Assembly: GCF_001194135.2 (NCBI RefSeq)
Contig: NC_068986.1
Coordinates: 82,508,396-82,544,829, forward strand
Origin: Octopus bimaculoides
Taxonomy: Eukaryota
Length of the DNA stretch: 36,434 bases
Direction: 5' to 3'
The first letter of the stretch is position 1, and the number at the start of each line of letters is the position of its first letter. Under the pieces are notes generated by a model. The model had not been told where the DNA came from, did no database searches, and saw only the letters and a list, made by a program, of their open reading frames with translations. Of the stretch, positions 35,517-36,434 are shown one piece after another. Both the position numbers and the translations under genes were made by a program.

Positions 35517-35600
35517 TATGTTGTCGATATTGTTATTATTATTTGTTATTAATAAAAGAAATCATTATTATTATTTATTGTTATCATCATCAATATCATT
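35455..35600. repeat. Mixed (ATC)n/(ATT)n trinucleotide tract
   Basis: Read directly. Confidence 0.85.
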
Positions 35601-35812
35601 ATTTTCATTAAGTAAGACGTGATGGTGGTTTGTTTTTGTTGTTGTTCAACTCCAATCAAGTCTGATCGATCAGACCAATGATCAAAGACACCCCCACCCA
35701 TAACCATTCAAAGTTTATCTAAGGCTACATTATCTACAGTTTATAATTAGTTTTTTTTTTCTTTTTTAATAGTGGATTGTAATTTGCTGTTTCTAGTTAA
35801 TATGGCGAGAAA

Positions 35813-35872
35813 GTTGTCGTCGCCGTCGTCGTCGTCGTTGTTGTGTCGTTGTTGTTGTTGTTATTGTTGTAG
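35813..35872. repeat. (GTC)n-(GTT)n trinucleotide tract
   Basis: Read directly. Confidence 0.85.
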
Positions 35873-36434
35873 TTAACCCTCTCAGACCTGGGCCCTTGTG
35901 TCTAGCTTTACCCTTCACCTAGGCTCCCAATCAAAAAATTATTTAGTAACGATTACAGGCAAACTAATGGACAGAACCGACTGCATCATTTTTTTTTTTT
36001 TTTTTTTGTGTTGTTCATTACAGCTTTACCGGGAATCCGGCAGAAAAGACGTTTAACCCATTCACGCTACAGTGGGAATACGGTGTGACAGGGTTAATGA
36101 TTACGCTGATGCTGTTGTATAGCCCTAGGTTGGTTTGGATCAAGCAAACCAATTATGAAAATGTTCCAGTTATAATTATAGCAGTGACTAAAAAGACCTA
36201 CGATCATGAAATTCTAATTAAGATTATAGTAACGACCAAGAAGTCCTTTCACCAAACCCTTAATCCATGACCGTTTCAACTTACTGTTAGACAATGTATT
36301 AAGCAATTTCATTTTTTTATTAAGATATTCCTTTTTTCATATGGCAAGGAGAATCTACCTGGTATTTTGAGCTTGTCAAGTGACCACATCGAGGTACCCT
36401 CGATATTATTGTGATCTTTGCTTATATATATATA

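Overview
AT-rich, microsatellite-dense eukaryotic DNA with about 2.7 kb of N gaps. The repeat families (tRNA-derived SINEs with internal microsatellites, TTAGGG repeats, abundant mixed simple repeats) suggest an octopus or other cephalopod draft assembly; this is inference. I find no intact host protein-coding gene, and most ORF-track entries are artefacts of N runs or simple repeats. The window is a layered graveyard of mobile elements: a 2.8-kb decayed hAT transposon in a (TA)n run (4753-7560), mariner and hAT MITEs, three same-strand 3' ends of R4/Dong-like retrotransposons tied to trinucleotide tracts (11350-13630), a Tip100/ZNF862-like hAT transposase relic (19192-20560), a decayed Penelope-like element with RT and GIY-YIG (21340-23660), and many SINEs. 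The most interesting signals are minimal type I hammerhead ribozyme motifs of the Penelope type: one nested in the hAT element (6089-6125) and two in the arms of a 122-bp-arm foldback (24496-24760). Also notable are a palindromic (TAACCC)4-TA-(GGGTTA)8 telomeric tract, microsatellites that change motif by single-base steps, a cryptic 134-bp higher-order repeat, and a candidate TATA/Inr promoter on the minus strand near 31.95 kb.
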